A DNA stretch of 64,000 nucleotides from Candidatus Latescibacterota bacterium (GCA_965205485.1 OZ242180.1:928001-992000), one strand, 5' to 3'. Positions 19,924-30,440 are shown, counted from the first letter of the stretch. Notes: a model not told the origin generated them from the sequence alone. Translations and numbers: made by a program.

Positions 19924-20763
19924 TCAGGACTTCACCGCTCCCGACATCAGACCCGACGTCAACCGTTTCCTGACCAGCAGAAACAGCAGCACGGTGGGAA
20001 CCGTCGCCACCACCGCGGTCGCCATCAGCAGGTTCCATTCCACCACGTTGTTCTTTTCCCACGCATAGAGCGCCATCGTGATCGGCTGCATTTCCCTCCG
20101 GGAAACGAGCACCAGCGCGAAGATGAACTCGTTCCAGGCGGTCACGAACGCAAAGATCGCGGTCGTCGCCAGCCCGGGTCCGGTCAGCGGCAGGGCGATC
20201 CTGAAGAGCATGCCCGTCCGGGACAGGCCGTCGATCATCGCGGCATCTTCCAGCTCTTCGGGAATGTGCCTGAAAAACCCCGCCAGTATCCAGATTGAAA
20301 AAGGCAGGGTAACGGCGGTATTCACCAGAATCAGGCCGCTGTAGGTGTCGAGAAGGTGGAGTGCCTTCATCACCTTGAACAGGGGAATCAGAACGATCAC
20401 GGGGGAAAACATCTGCATCACGAGGATGCCCAGACCGAACACCCCGCGCCCGCGGAACCTGATGCGCGCCATCGCGTAGGCCGCCGGAGTCGCCAACGCA
20501 ATGTTCAGAACCGTGGTTCCCGTGGCGATAATCATACTGTTCACCAGATGGCGCGCCATTGGAATCCGGACGAAGACGTCCACGTAATTCTGCCACGCAA
20601 ACAGCCTGGGCACCAGCGTCGCCGGCGATTGGAACACTTCGCCCAGCGTCTTCAGGGAGGTCCCCGCAACCACCAGAAACGGAAACAGCGCGAAGGCGGC
20701 GACGCCCGCTATCAGGAGCGCCCGCAATACTTCGGCTGGCCGTACGCGGAACGGTCCCAACAC
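19924..20763 (-). CDS. Carbohydrate ABC transporter permease (MalG type)
   Basis: IPEELEDAAMIDG (EAA motif) and AWNEFIFAL. GTG start after GGAGG, overlapping the upstream TAG. Confidence 0.9.
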   Translation of the reverse strand: MLGPFRVRPAEVLRALLIAGVAAFALFPFLVVAGTSLKTLGEVFQSPATLVPRLFAWQNYVDVFVRIPMARHLVNSMIIATGTTVLNIALATPAAYAMARIRFRGRGVFGLGILVMQMFSPVIVLIPLFKVMKALHLLDTYSGLILVNTAVTLPFSIWILAGFFRHIPEELEDAAMIDGLSRTGMLFRIALPLTGPGLATTAIFAFVTAWNEFIFALVLVSRREMQPITMALYAWEKNNVVEWNLLMATAVVATVPTVLLFLLVRKRLTSGLMSGAVKS

Positions 20764-21630
20764 TATACCTCCCGCCTGTAGAACACCCGCCACTGAAGAA
20801 GACTGATCCCAAGCAGCAGGAAGAACGCCAGAACGGTGAGGGCGCCGGCCTGGCCGAAATTGAAATAGCCGAACGCGCGCCGGTAGATTTCGGTGACCAT
20901 GATCTGGGTCTGGTTTGCCGGGCCTCCCCCCGTAATAACGTAGATGAAGACAAAGCTGTTGAAGGACCAGATCACGCTGACCAGCAGAACCGCCAGCGTA
21001 ACCGGACGCAGGAGCGGCAGGGTGATATGGCGGAACTGGCGGAATTCCGTAGCCCCGTCAATCCTGGAAGCCTCGTACAGATCGCCGGGGATCGACTGCA
21101 GCGCCGACAGGAATGCGAACGTGGTGAACGGCAGGGCCGTCCACAACCGGGCAACCAGCGCACCCGGCAAAGGCCGTTGAAGCGTCCGTCAGCCACTGAA
21201 CCGGCGTATCGATGAGTTGCAGGCCCAGCAGAAGCGAATTCAGGTGCCCGTACTCGCCGTTGTACATCCACTTCCAGGTGATCGCCGCCACCACCAGCGG
21301 CATGGCCCAGGCCAGGATCAGCATGCCCCGGACCCATTCGCTCAAAACCGACTCCCGGCTCAACAACAGCGCCACGCCCAGACCCAATCCCACGTTCATC
21401 GCGACCGCCAGGGCCGTCCACAAGGCCGTGTTCTTCAGCACCAGCAGAAACAGATCGTCCTGCAGGAGTCCGAGGTAATTCCCAATCCCGGCAAACGTCT
21501 CTCCCTTGTAGGACGTGTGATAGAGACTCGTCTCCATCACGTCAAGAATGGGATATCCCATAAACAGAAACAACCACACCGCCGCGGGGGCAACGTAGAG
21601 GTACGCCAGCCGTCGTTTCTCCCGCTCCAT
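20763..21630 (-). pseudogene. Carbohydrate ABC transporter permease (MalF type), split by one frameshift near 21164 (possible sequencing error)
   Basis: N-half (21058-21630: YLYVAPA, WKWMYN) and C-half (20763-21170: LQSIPGDLYEASRIDGA, ITGGGP). Removing one G from GCCGGGTGCG restores FAGALVARLW. Confidence 0.88.
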
Positions 21631-21651
21631 GCGGCCTCCTTAAAAGCTGTC

Positions 21652-22917
21652 TTAAAATTCCCTGCGATCCTCGCGCGGAAGCGTCGGGTCTTCCAGTTCT
21701 CTCATCAGACGCGCATAAACCTTGTCCAGCGCCTCACGCGGAGACGCCGTACCCGCCAGAACCATCTGAATCGCCTCTCCCCATCCATCCTGGATCTTCG
21801 TCCATTCCGGGTGCTTCGGCGTCAGTTTGATCAGGTCCGCCTGCGCCAGGTAATTCCGGATCGGCAGGGTCCTGTAATACGCGTGCTCTGACACCGTCCC
21901 GGTCACCGGCACGCCCCCGTTTTCCACGTCCATCAACTCCCGATTTTCCGGCCGCTGCGTAAAGCGGATGAAGTCATACGCCAGGTCTTTCTGCTTCGAC
22001 GTGGAGAACACGGAGAGAATGTCCAGAATCAGCAGCATCTTCCGGTCCCGACCCGCCGGCGTCATCAGCGGCTCGCACGCGACTCCGGCATCCCTGCAGC
22101 GCCCGTACTGCCAGGGTCCGCTGAACGTGAGACCTGCCTTTCCCGCATCCATGACCGCATAGCAGTCATCCGCGTTCAGATTCAGGATGCCCGGCGGCAT
22201 GGCCCTGTCCACGAGGTGCAGATCCGTGAGAAACGTCACGTACGCCACCGCCTCGGCGCTGTTGATGGCAAGCCGGCCGTCGCCGTCGAAGAAGTCGGCG
22301 CCGAAGCCCCACATCATCGCGATCTGTTCCTGCATCAGGTGTTTCGGCCTTCCCGCTCCCACACAGATCCCGTAGCGTTCGGGCGGGCTGTTCAGCTTGA
22401 TTGCCAGGTCCCGGACCGCCTCCCACGTTTCGGGGTGTCCGCTTATCCCTTCCTCTTCCATCCAGTCCCTGCGCGCGTAGAGAACCCGGTTGGCGCCCCA
22501 CAGCGGCACCCCGTACGTCTTTCCCCTGTATTCGCCCGCGCTCAGAGCCGTGGAAATCCACGCGTTGCGTTCGTCAGCCGACATGTAGTCGTCCAGAGGC
22601 TCCAGCACCCCGCGCTCCGCGTACTCCGAAATCATCCCCATGAACAGATACCCGAGGTCCGGAAGCGTTCCTCCCTGTATCATGGTATTGTAGACCGTCG
22701 GACCCTGATCGTACGGGATGAACCTCTGCTCGATCCGCACGCCCGGATGTTCCGCTTCGAATCCCTCCTTCCACGCCCGGAACGCTTCCCGTTGCGGGCC
22801 CATCCAGGCGATTCTGAGCGTCGTCTTCTCACCGGGCGATCCATCGTCGGACCCGCCGCAGGCGGCAAGCGCGTAAACGAATAACCAGCCCACCGATAGC
22901 CATCGACCCATCTGCAT
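21652..22917 (-). CDS. Sugar ABC transporter substrate-binding lipoprotein
   Basis: Lipobox LAAC; family-1 solute-binding motifs (PDL, LEPLDDY, GKTYGVP, PETWE, GKAGLTFSGPW); AGGAG upstream of ATG 22917. Confidence 0.9.
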   Translation of the reverse strand: MQMGRWLSVGWLFVYALAACGGSDDGSPGEKTTLRIAWMGPQREAFRAWKEGFEAEHPGVRIEQRFIPYDQGPTVYNTMIQGGTLPDLGYLFMGMISEYAERGVLEPLDDYMSADERNAWISTALSAGEYRGKTYGVPLWGANRVLYARRDWMEEEGISGHPETWEAVRDLAIKLNSPPERYGICVGAGRPKHLMQEQIAMMWGFGADFFDGDGRLAINSAEAVAYVTFLTDLHLVDRAMPPGILNLNADDCYAVMDAGKAGLTFSGPWQYGRCRDAGVACEPLMTPAGRDRKMLLILDILSVFSTSKQKDLAYDFIRFTQRPENRELMDVENGGVPVTGTVSEHAYYRTLPIRNYLAQADLIKLTPKHPEWTKIQDGWGEAIQMVLAGTASPREALDKVYARLMRELEDPTLPREDRREF

Positions 22918-22936
22918 GTTACGCTTCTCCTGTCTT

Positions 22937-24907
22937 TCAATACGCATGTACACCGTGCCCCTCACCGCCGAACCAGGTGATGTCCAGCACGAACGAAACC
23001 CCGACGTTTAGCGCATATCCGACCATCAGTCCCAGGAAAAAGGGAATGGAACGCCGGTAGAGAAAAACGCCGCCCGCCTTCAGCACGATCGCCTTTACCG
23101 ACCAGGCGAGAAACACCGACAGCACCGAATGCACCGTCATTCCCGACCAGGTAACGGCCAGGCCCAGCGGGTGCAGCGGCCACCAGGGTACCCGGTAACG
23201 CAGAAACGTCAGCGCGAGCATAGCGATGCAGCCGGCGCCGAAATACCCGAAAACCTCCGGCTTTACCGGATCCGGGCTGGACATCATGCTCACGAATGAA
23301 TTAAAGGTTGGAACCGTCCGCCGGAGCAGGGCGATGCTCCCGAAATTGTACGCGCCGATCGTATAACCCCAGTAGAGCGTCAGGCCGACCGCCGTCGCCA
23401 CGGCCCCGACCAGGCCCAGCGCGACGGCAAGGCCCAGCCTCCGCCGGTTTCCCCCGATCAGGTCGCCGATCTTCGCCACGTGCGCCAGAGCGGGCATGAA
23501 GAGCCCGCGGCCGTCGTTGCGCAGGGCGAAGGTAAAGGCGAGCGCCGTCATCGCGCGCCCGGGAATCGCGGCCGGGCCGACGGTGCGCAGGATGGCGGTC
23601 TGCGGGAACATGGGCGAGCTGACGTACAGCAGGCCGGACTGCGCCACCACCCGCGCGATGCCCAGGTAGGTAATGAAAAAGAGAAGCACCAGTACCGTAG
23701 AAAGGAGCAGTCCCATGCCCGAATTGTAGAACCAGGCGATGATGAAAACCAGACTCAACGCCGCGCCGCTCACGGCCGTCCGGTAGGACAGGATCTCATC
23801 GGCATCGTCGCCGGACGGACGGAGCGCACCTCTGAGGACCTGTCGCAGGTGTTTCCGGGCGGTCCACAGCCCCCACACCACCAGCGTACACAACGCGCCG
23901 ATGCTCTGCCACGACACGGCCGCCCCGCCCGAGATCCCGCCAACGCCCAGCCTCCCGAAGGCGAATACCTCCCACATCGCCATGAAGTGGAAGAACCAGA
24001 TGCTGAAGAGCACGTCCAGATTGGCCAGATACGCGAAGCCGATCGTATAGAAATTGATGGTCGTGTGGAGCGGCGGGAATCCCTTGAAGAAGGTCGTCCA
24101 TCGCGACGGGATGCCGAGCGGAATCTCGGGAAACCCCGGCGCGAAGTGCGACATCATGTTCCAGGTCATCACCAGGGTGGCGGCCCCGAATCCGAACTTG
24201 AACGCGCGGGTGCGCATGAAACCCGGAAACAGGACTCCGTCCCGCACATCTCCGGCCATGTCCGCGGCCACCTGCGCGAGCGGGTACACCAGGCGTTCGT
24301 ACTCCACCCACTGCCGGCGCAGAATCACCATCATACACATCGAAGCAAAGGCGAAAGCGCCCACGAGGGCCATCCACCAGCTCAGCGGTCCGGCCCAGGC
24401 GCCCACGGGTATCGGAGCATCCTTCGAGGGGAGGCCTTCGAACAGCATCCTCATGGTGCCGCCGCGGTTCGAAGGTGCGATCCAGTCCGGCATATGGATA
24501 TGAAAAAAGGCGCTCCACTGGTTTTCCGGGGTTGCCAGGTAGTACGGAACCGAGATCGTTCCCAGGAGCGTGGTCATCAGACTGAATCCGGGTATCATCG
24601 CACCGGTCAGGCCCATCGCGACCACCACCAGAATCTCCGACCGGGACAGCCCCCAGCCGTGCCGCAGCGCCCTGAGCGCGGGATTGACGAACAGCGCCAG
24701 GAGCATGAACGGCACGAACAGCCCCATCGGAAAGTGCGTCACCTGCAGCCAGGAAGCCCGGATCAGATAGAGCGAGTAGAGGATCCAGAAGTTGACGAAG
24801 ACCACCATCAACAGACCGATCCCGACGGACCTCGCCGTGACTCCGCTTCGCATATCCCGAGGGGCTTCTTTCAGTGGCACCGCGGTTTGTATTTGCGATG
24901 ATTCCAT
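22937..24907 (-). CDS. Polytopic membrane protein, DUF6785/DUF6784-like
   Basis: 656 aa. YYLATPENQW, LRRQWVEYERLVYPLA, PWWPLHPLG, FLGLMVGY; 19 nt upstream of the solute-binding gene. Confidence 0.8.
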   Translation of the reverse strand: MESSQIQTAVPLKEAPRDMRSGVTARSVGIGLLMVVFVNFWILYSLYLIRASWLQVTHFPMGLFVPFMLLALFVNPALRALRHGWGLSRSEILVVVAMGLTGAMIPGFSLMTTLLGTISVPYYLATPENQWSAFFHIHMPDWIAPSNRGGTMRMLFEGLPSKDAPIPVGAWAGPLSWWMALVGAFAFASMCMMVILRRQWVEYERLVYPLAQVAADMAGDVRDGVLFPGFMRTRAFKFGFGAATLVMTWNMMSHFAPGFPEIPLGIPSRWTTFFKGFPPLHTTINFYTIGFAYLANLDVLFSIWFFHFMAMWEVFAFGRLGVGGISGGAAVSWQSIGALCTLVVWGLWTARKHLRQVLRGALRPSGDDADEILSYRTAVSGAALSLVFIIAWFYNSGMGLLLSTVLVLLFFITYLGIARVVAQSGLLYVSSPMFPQTAILRTVGPAAIPGRAMTALAFTFALRNDGRGLFMPALAHVAKIGDLIGGNRRRLGLAVALGLVGAVATAVGLTLYWGYTIGAYNFGSIALLRRTVPTFNSFVSMMSSPDPVKPEVFGYFGAGCIAMLALTFLRYRVPWWPLHPLGLAVTWSGMTVHSVLSVFLAWSVKAIVLKAGGVFLYRRSIPFFLGLMVGYALNVGVSFVLDITWFGGEGHGVHAY

Positions 24908-25026
24908 GAATATCGTACCGAGCCTATCTCAGTCGGAAGATTCCGCAGTGGGTGTCACTGCGTTCCGCACGCGGGGCGGCGGAACATCGGCAGGATCTGC
25001 CAGGGGAACTTGGCGAACGTTGCCAA

Positions 25027-27012
25027 CTACCACCAGTGCACCTGGTGTCCCTGCCCGGGAAACCAGATGGCATCGACGGTAAAGGCCAACACAACGCCCG
25101 CCGTGTATCCCACCAGCAGACCCAGGAACAAGGGCTTGGACCGGCGGTAGAGGGCGACACCGCCTACACGCATGACAACCGCTTTGGCAGCCCACGCCAT
25201 GAATACCGGCATCGCCAGGCTGTATACGTTGTCCGCGGCGGCCACGGCCAGCCCGATGGGGTGGATCGGCCACCAGGAAAAGCGATACCGCAGGAACGTG
25301 AGTACCGCCATCAGACCCGCGCCGATCCCGAAGAACAACACCCGGCTCAACTCGGGCGCACCCGGCGTACGCATCTGTCCCAGGGTGGTGGAGAAGACCG
25401 CCTTGGGATTCCCGTTGAAGAACAGCCGGGAGAAGTTGTAGGCGCCGTGCGTATGGCCCAGATGAAGCGTAAACCAGATTGATGAGACGAGCCCCGCGAA
25501 GACGCCCACCGTGACGCACAACAGCAGGAGGCGCCGGTTTCCGCGGATCCGGTCCGCCAGGCGCACGGCCTGCGCCAGCCCGGGCGTGAAGAGTCCCCGC
25601 ATATAGTCGATCAGCGCGTAGGAAAGCGCGATGGACGTCAGACACGCGCCGGAGAGTCCGTAGGTGCCCCGCAGGTCCATCACGAAGGCCTGCGGCGTCA
25701 CCGTACCCTGCGCGTACGCCACACCGGCCTCGGACACGACCCGGGCCAGTCCGATATAGATGATGCCCAGCGCGAACAGGAACATCGCCGCCGAAATCGC
25801 GTCCATGCCGGATCGATGGAGCCAGAACAGCGTGAAAATTACGCTCAGCAGCAGGCCCAGGACCGATGCCCGGTACGACAGGACCTCCCTGCCGTCGTCC
25901 AGCGGATGGTCCGGCCGCAGCGCCTTGAGGAACACTCCCCTCAGGTGGGTTCGGGCGACCCACAGGCGCCACGCGACGAGGCATGCAAGCGCGCCGAAGC
26001 ACTGCCACGCCTCGGTGGGCGGATCCGCGCTGAAGGTATCCGTGGACCGTTCGATCTGGTACCCGAGCCGGTTGAAGATGCCCCCCTCAACCACGTGTAC
26101 CAGGAAGAAGAACCAGATGCTGAACAGCACCTGCAGGTTGGCGAAATACGCGAACCCGATGGTGTAGAACTGCAGGGGCTGGATATAGACGCCTGGAGAG
26201 TAGCGCGTAAAGCGGAAGTAGCCCGCGTGGGGAAAGAACCGGATGCCGGGCATCCCGTGGAAGAACCAGGATGTGGCGTGCCAGGCGAACAGCGCAAATG
26301 CGAATACGGCGCCGAACCAGAAGAGCCGGCCCTTCATGAAGTCCGGTAGCGTACTCCGGGACGACGCGCCTTCCGCCATTTCCATCGGCACGGCGGCAAG
26401 AGGATAGACCAGCTTCTCGTTTTCGGCCCACTGTCGTCGCAGAATGACCATCGCGCAGGCCGAACCGACCAGGAGCGCCGCGACCAGGCTGCCCCACCAC
26501 GCCAGGGGCGCGAGCCACGCATTCCAGGCATCGACCCCGGCCGCGCCGCCTTCGAAGAACGCCCGAAGCGCATCTCTGTCTGACGGGACCATCCATGCCT
26601 GAAGATGCGGGTGGTAGTATTCCGCCCACCCGTTCTCCGGCGTTGCGAAGTAGATCGGGCTGCCGATCACCCCCACCAGGAACCCGGTGACACCGGACGT
26701 CGGCACCACCGAGCCCACCATCCCGATCGCCGCCACCGTCAACAGCTCGGAAGGCGACAGAACTGCGCGCGGCCTGATCCGCCGGAGCAGCGGGTTCACG
26801 CCGCCCACCAGGGCGATGAAAATGCTCAGCAGCGTCAGCTGAAAGAAACTCAGGTTGAGCCGGGAGGAGCGTACGACTGTCTCCGCGTAGGTCACCCAGA
26901 GGTTGATCGCGACCACGGCCAGCACGCCGATGAACACTGCCCGGAGGGTGATCCCTTCTTTTGACCTCGAGTGCTGCTCAACCGAAAGGGATTTCTCTCC
27001 GGATCGATCCAT
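25027..27012 (-). CDS. Polytopic membrane protein, DUF6785/DUF6784-like
   Basis: 661 aa. YFATPENGW, LRRQWAENEKLVYPLA, WWPIHPIG, WFPGQGHQVH. Confidence 0.8.
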   Translation of the reverse strand: MDRSGEKSLSVEQHSRSKEGITLRAVFIGVLAVVAINLWVTYAETVVRSSRLNLSFFQLTLLSIFIALVGGVNPLLRRIRPRAVLSPSELLTVAAIGMVGSVVPTSGVTGFLVGVIGSPIYFATPENGWAEYYHPHLQAWMVPSDRDALRAFFEGGAAGVDAWNAWLAPLAWWGSLVAALLVGSACAMVILRRQWAENEKLVYPLAAVPMEMAEGASSRSTLPDFMKGRLFWFGAVFAFALFAWHATSWFFHGMPGIRFFPHAGYFRFTRYSPGVYIQPLQFYTIGFAYFANLQVLFSIWFFFLVHVVEGGIFNRLGYQIERSTDTFSADPPTEAWQCFGALACLVAWRLWVARTHLRGVFLKALRPDHPLDDGREVLSYRASVLGLLLSVIFTLFWLHRSGMDAISAAMFLFALGIIYIGLARVVSEAGVAYAQGTVTPQAFVMDLRGTYGLSGACLTSIALSYALIDYMRGLFTPGLAQAVRLADRIRGNRRLLLLCVTVGVFAGLVSSIWFTLHLGHTHGAYNFSRLFFNGNPKAVFSTTLGQMRTPGAPELSRVLFFGIGAGLMAVLTFLRYRFSWWPIHPIGLAVAAADNVYSLAMPVFMAWAAKAVVMRVGGVALYRRSKPLFLGLLVGYTAGVVLAFTVDAIWFPGQGHQVHWW

Positions 27013-27044
27013 ATCCGCCTTTTTCCGTGTCTCTCAGCAGAACC

Positions 27045-29399
27045 TCATCCTTCAGCTGGTAGAATCGCGAACTCGTCGAACCAGAAGTGCTGTCCTTCTC
27101 TTGCGTTCCCGTGCGTATAGAATCGGAAGCGCCGCAAATGACGGACTTCCTCGATGTGTTCGCGAATCGTCCGCGCATCCAGTTCCGCAATGTGCCATCG
27201 GCCGTCATCCAGCAAAGCGCATGAATCCGTATAGGGGTATGGACCGCAATCGCGGGACGACGTCCCCCCGACAATTACAACCCCCTCCCCATATGCTTCG
27301 GCGGGAAATGCCTGGAGCCACAGACCCACCGGGATCCCCTCGGGTATCCGATAGGCAAACCGCACTATCGGATAGGCGTCGATATCCCATTCCCCGGGAG
27401 CGAGACTGCAGCCCAGGTCGGACCCGTCGGTCTCAGCAAAGAGCCGAACGCACCTGCTTCCCCCGAAACCACCGGTAACGAATTCATGACCTGTCAGCCG
27501 GTTTCCGCGATAGATCTTGAACAGGTACCCCCAATCCAGCGTTGTCTCTTCTTCGAAATCGACCACGAGCATCGGCGCGGCAGGATCGACAGGCTGTTCC
27601 ACCTTAACAAACGCCACGTCGACGTCCTCGTCGCCGTCCGCGTACCTCACGCGGACCCGAGACGGATAGTGGCCGGGATCCGAATACACGTGTACGGCTT
27701 CGCGCGCCTCCATCGAGTCGCCGTCGCCGAAGTCCCACCGGACAGAAACGATGTCATTTCCCGCCGGCACGACTTGAAACCTGACTTCATCTCCGGGTTC
27801 CGCCCTGACCGGCTCGGCCTTCGCGATCAGGCTCCCTTGACTCCCCGGTCCACGCTGGTATGCGCCGATATCCGGCGCCGCGCCAGACCAGGGCAGGCTT
27901 ACCGGATCGCCAGCCTCCCATTCCATCTCCCGGTCCAGAAGGAGCAGGTCCGGCTGATAGTAGTTGAGTACGACTTTCTCGATGTGGGCGGTCCGATCGC
28001 TTTGCCCTATGGCTACCCGGTCTCCCTTCTCGCCTTCGATGCCGAACCCGTCGTAGAAGTATCTGCCGTCGTCAACGGGGACCTCCCGGCCATGCCCGGC
28101 GCGTCTCGTGAGCGTCAGCGCCCGTCCCGCGTCGATACACGGACTGTCCGGTCGCAGGCGAAAATCGCGGTTTGACGCGTCCACGAAGCCGGGGTCCACG
28201 TCGAGGTTATCCTCGAATTCCCGCCAGTGTCCCCGGACCACCGAGTTCCGATTGGCTTCGTCCACCGTCAGGAAACGGTCTCCGTACCGCACCACGCGCT
28301 GCCCGGCATCCGTGCCCCGGAACACGTTGCTCAGAAACAGGTTGTCGCCTGCTATTTCCGCCCCCCTCACAATCTGGACGCTGCCGCCGTACTTGTCATT
28401 CCAGGAGAAGATATTGTTGACGAAAACGTTCGAGCTTACGTTGATCCCGGTCAGTTCCCACCCGTACCCGAGGTTGTCCGCGATCGTATTGTGGTACACC
28501 CTGGAATTGACGAAGCGGAACGGATCACGCACGTGGTAGTTGACCGGCACGTAACTCAATGAGTTGAGCGGCGTATGCCGGTTTCCGTAGACCCGGTTGA
28601 AGCGGATGATACCGTCAATCAACAGATTCTTCGCCCGGCTGTCGGCCGAATGCGCGCTGTCGAGCGCCTCGGTAACGATGTTCCCCTCGACAAGGGCCCT
28701 TCCGGAAGCCCAGAATTCATAGTTGCGCCCCCACGGGTTGTGAAAGCAGTTCGACCGTACCACCAGATTGTTCGTCATGGAAATCTGCAGCGGACAATGC
28801 CCGACCCGCGCGAACGCGTTTCCCTCGATCAGCACGTACGTGCACTCGACCACCTGGCACATATTGCCGCCGACGCGATCCTTCCGGAAACCGTTGTCGA
28901 CGAGCCGGACATGCTCGCATCCGGTGAGCACCAGCGGTGTCGAATGCCCGGCTTTCTCCATATAACAACCCGATACGGAAAGGCGGTGGCATTCATCGGC
29001 GCGCATCCACGGCCCGTCGCCGGGCGCAATCCGGAAGTCTTCGATTCTGATGTTCCGCTTATGCTGCAGATCCACGGCCGGCTGTTTCCCGCCCGCGCCC
29101 GAAAGCACCGCCGCGTGCCTCGCCTCCGACCGGAATCGGATGGGCGCATCCGGTGTTCCCGAGGATTCCGGCGCGATCGTACCGTGGTAGGTCCCCGGAA
29201 GAAAGACCACGGTGTCCCCCGCCTCCGCGCCGGCATTCGCGCGATCGATGCTTCTCCAGGGAGACTCGCGTCCGCCCGGGCCCGAGTCGTCGCCATCCGG
29301 CGAGAGGTAGAACACCGCGCCCAGGCAGGGTACGGCGAGGGTCGCCAATAAGACGAACAGATCCATGGACACGAGGGCTGTTTCGGACGCAAGCAGCAT
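27045..29399 (-). CDS. Secreted right-handed parallel beta-helix protein with PKD domain
   Basis: FYLSPDGDDSGPG..PWRSI..GDTVVFLPGTY, N-rich beta-helix repeats, DPGFVD..DFRLRPDSPCIDAG, APDIGAY and WDFGDG..HVYSDPG (PKD). Start uncertain; GGAGAAGG precedes ATG 29399. Confidence 0.8.
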   Translation of the reverse strand: MLLASETALVSMDLFVLLATLAVPCLGAVFYLSPDGDDSGPGGRESPWRSIDRANAGAEAGDTVVFLPGTYHGTIAPESSGTPDAPIRFRSEARHAAVLSGAGGKQPAVDLQHKRNIRIEDFRIAPGDGPWMRADECHRLSVSGCYMEKAGHSTPLVLTGCEHVRLVDNGFRKDRVGGNMCQVVECTYVLIEGNAFARVGHCPLQISMTNNLVVRSNCFHNPWGRNYEFWASGRALVEGNIVTEALDSAHSADSRAKNLLIDGIIRFNRVYGNRHTPLNSLSYVPVNYHVRDPFRFVNSRVYHNTIADNLGYGWELTGINVSSNVFVNNIFSWNDKYGGSVQIVRGAEIAGDNLFLSNVFRGTDAGQRVVRYGDRFLTVDEANRNSVVRGHWREFEDNLDVDPGFVDASNRDFRLRPDSPCIDAGRALTLTRRAGHGREVPVDDGRYFYDGFGIEGEKGDRVAIGQSDRTAHIEKVVLNYYQPDLLLLDREMEWEAGDPVSLPWSGAAPDIGAYQRGPGSQGSLIAKAEPVRAEPGDEVRFQVVPAGNDIVSVRWDFGDGDSMEAREAVHVYSDPGHYPSRVRVRYADGDEDVDVAFVKVEQPVDPAAPMLVVDFEEETTLDWGYLFKIYRGNRLTGHEFVTGGFGGSRCVRLFAETDGSDLGCSLAPGEWDIDAYPIVRFAYRIPEGIPVGLWLQAFPAEAYGEGVVIVGGTSSRDCGPYPYTDSCALLDDGRWHIAELDARTIREHIEEVRHLRRFRFYTHGNAREGQHFWFDEFAILPAEG

Positions 29400-29430
29400 T
29401 TCCTTCTCCAAATGATGTCCGCGGCGCGAC

Positions 29431-30315
29431 TCAGGCGGAATTTCCGGACGCACGCGCCTGGCATGCTTCCTCGTCTTCGATCAGCGGCACGAGGCTCGGC
29501 CGTCTGCTGGCGAAGGGCGGGTTCATCAATGCGCGCTGCAGCGGCGTCAGTTCATCCTTGAAGGACTCGTATCCGTCAGGGTGGATAGCCGGCCCTGACC
29601 CGAACACCATATCACCCGCGCCGTATCGATAAAGCAGCGTTCGGCGCTCGTGCGACGCCGTCCAGGGAAACGTGCCGTGGGTGAGCGCTTCGGTGAAGAT
29701 CAGCGCCGAGCCCGCCTTCATCGGAAGGTGTTTGAACCACTCCGGGTGCGTATCCAGGCGGCGCACGTTCCCCGGTAAGGGATAGTTCGCCCTGTGGCTG
29801 CCCGGAATGCACGCGAATCCGCCGTCCCCCGGGTTTATGTCCGTAAGCTGGTAACAGACCGCCATCAGCCCGTTCCACATCCGTCCGTCCTGGAATTCGT
29901 AATAATAAGGGCCCCTCGGCGTACCTCCCCCGTGAAACAGGAACCCCTCGGCGCCGGCCGTCATGCTGATTCCGTTCGCGTTTCCATAGCGAAACCCGTC
30001 GCCGATCAGTTCCAGCATGTAGCGCATGGTCCGAGGCTGGGTCAGCAGGTCCCGGAACGGCTGGCACCAGGGTTTGGGCCAGTTCAGGATATTCATGATA
30101 TCCCCGCGGCCGTGGGAACCCTTCAACAGGGGCGCGGCCTTGCCCCCATGCTGTTTGGCGGCGCCGGACAACCGCAGCTCGCCCTCCCGGATGTGGACCT
30201 GGTCCGGGTTGTTGTCGATCGCCTCGTTCAGCGCCGCCACTTCGTCGGTTGTCAGGATATCCTTGACAACAATATAGCCGTTCACGTCGAAATGATATCG
30301 CTCATAGTTGTCCAT
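29431..30315 (-). CDS. Phytanoyl-CoA dioxygenase (PhyH)-like Fe(II)/2OG enzyme with HxG motif
   Basis: FDVNGYIVVKDIL, LTDINPGDGGFACIPGSH, KAGSALIFTEALTHGT and ERR motifs; first iron motif reads FHGG. Confidence 0.85.
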   Translation of the reverse strand: MDNYERYHFDVNGYIVVKDILTTDEVAALNEAIDNNPDQVHIREGELRLSGAAKQHGGKAAPLLKGSHGRGDIMNILNWPKPWCQPFRDLLTQPRTMRYMLELIGDGFRYGNANGISMTAGAEGFLFHGGGTPRGPYYYEFQDGRMWNGLMAVCYQLTDINPGDGGFACIPGSHRANYPLPGNVRRLDTHPEWFKHLPMKAGSALIFTEALTHGTFPWTASHERRTLLYRYGAGDMVFGSGPAIHPDGYESFKDELTPLQRALMNPPFASRRPSLVPLIEDEEACQARASGNSA

Positions 30316-30416
30316 CGGCCCCTCCGTGTTTTTGCGGATGCTGTTTTCGTGTTCGTTTGGAATTCACACCTGTCCAGGACCGAAACCGACCTGGGACCGT
30401 GTGGCTGGCGTTCCCT

Positions 30417-30440
30417 GGAGCGAGGGCATCCTGCCCTCGA
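30417..30440 (+). repeat. REP-like palindrome GGAGCGAGGGCATCCTGCCCTCGA, copy 1
   Basis: GAGGGCA-TCC-TGCCCTC hairpin; five copies in the window. Confidence 0.8.
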
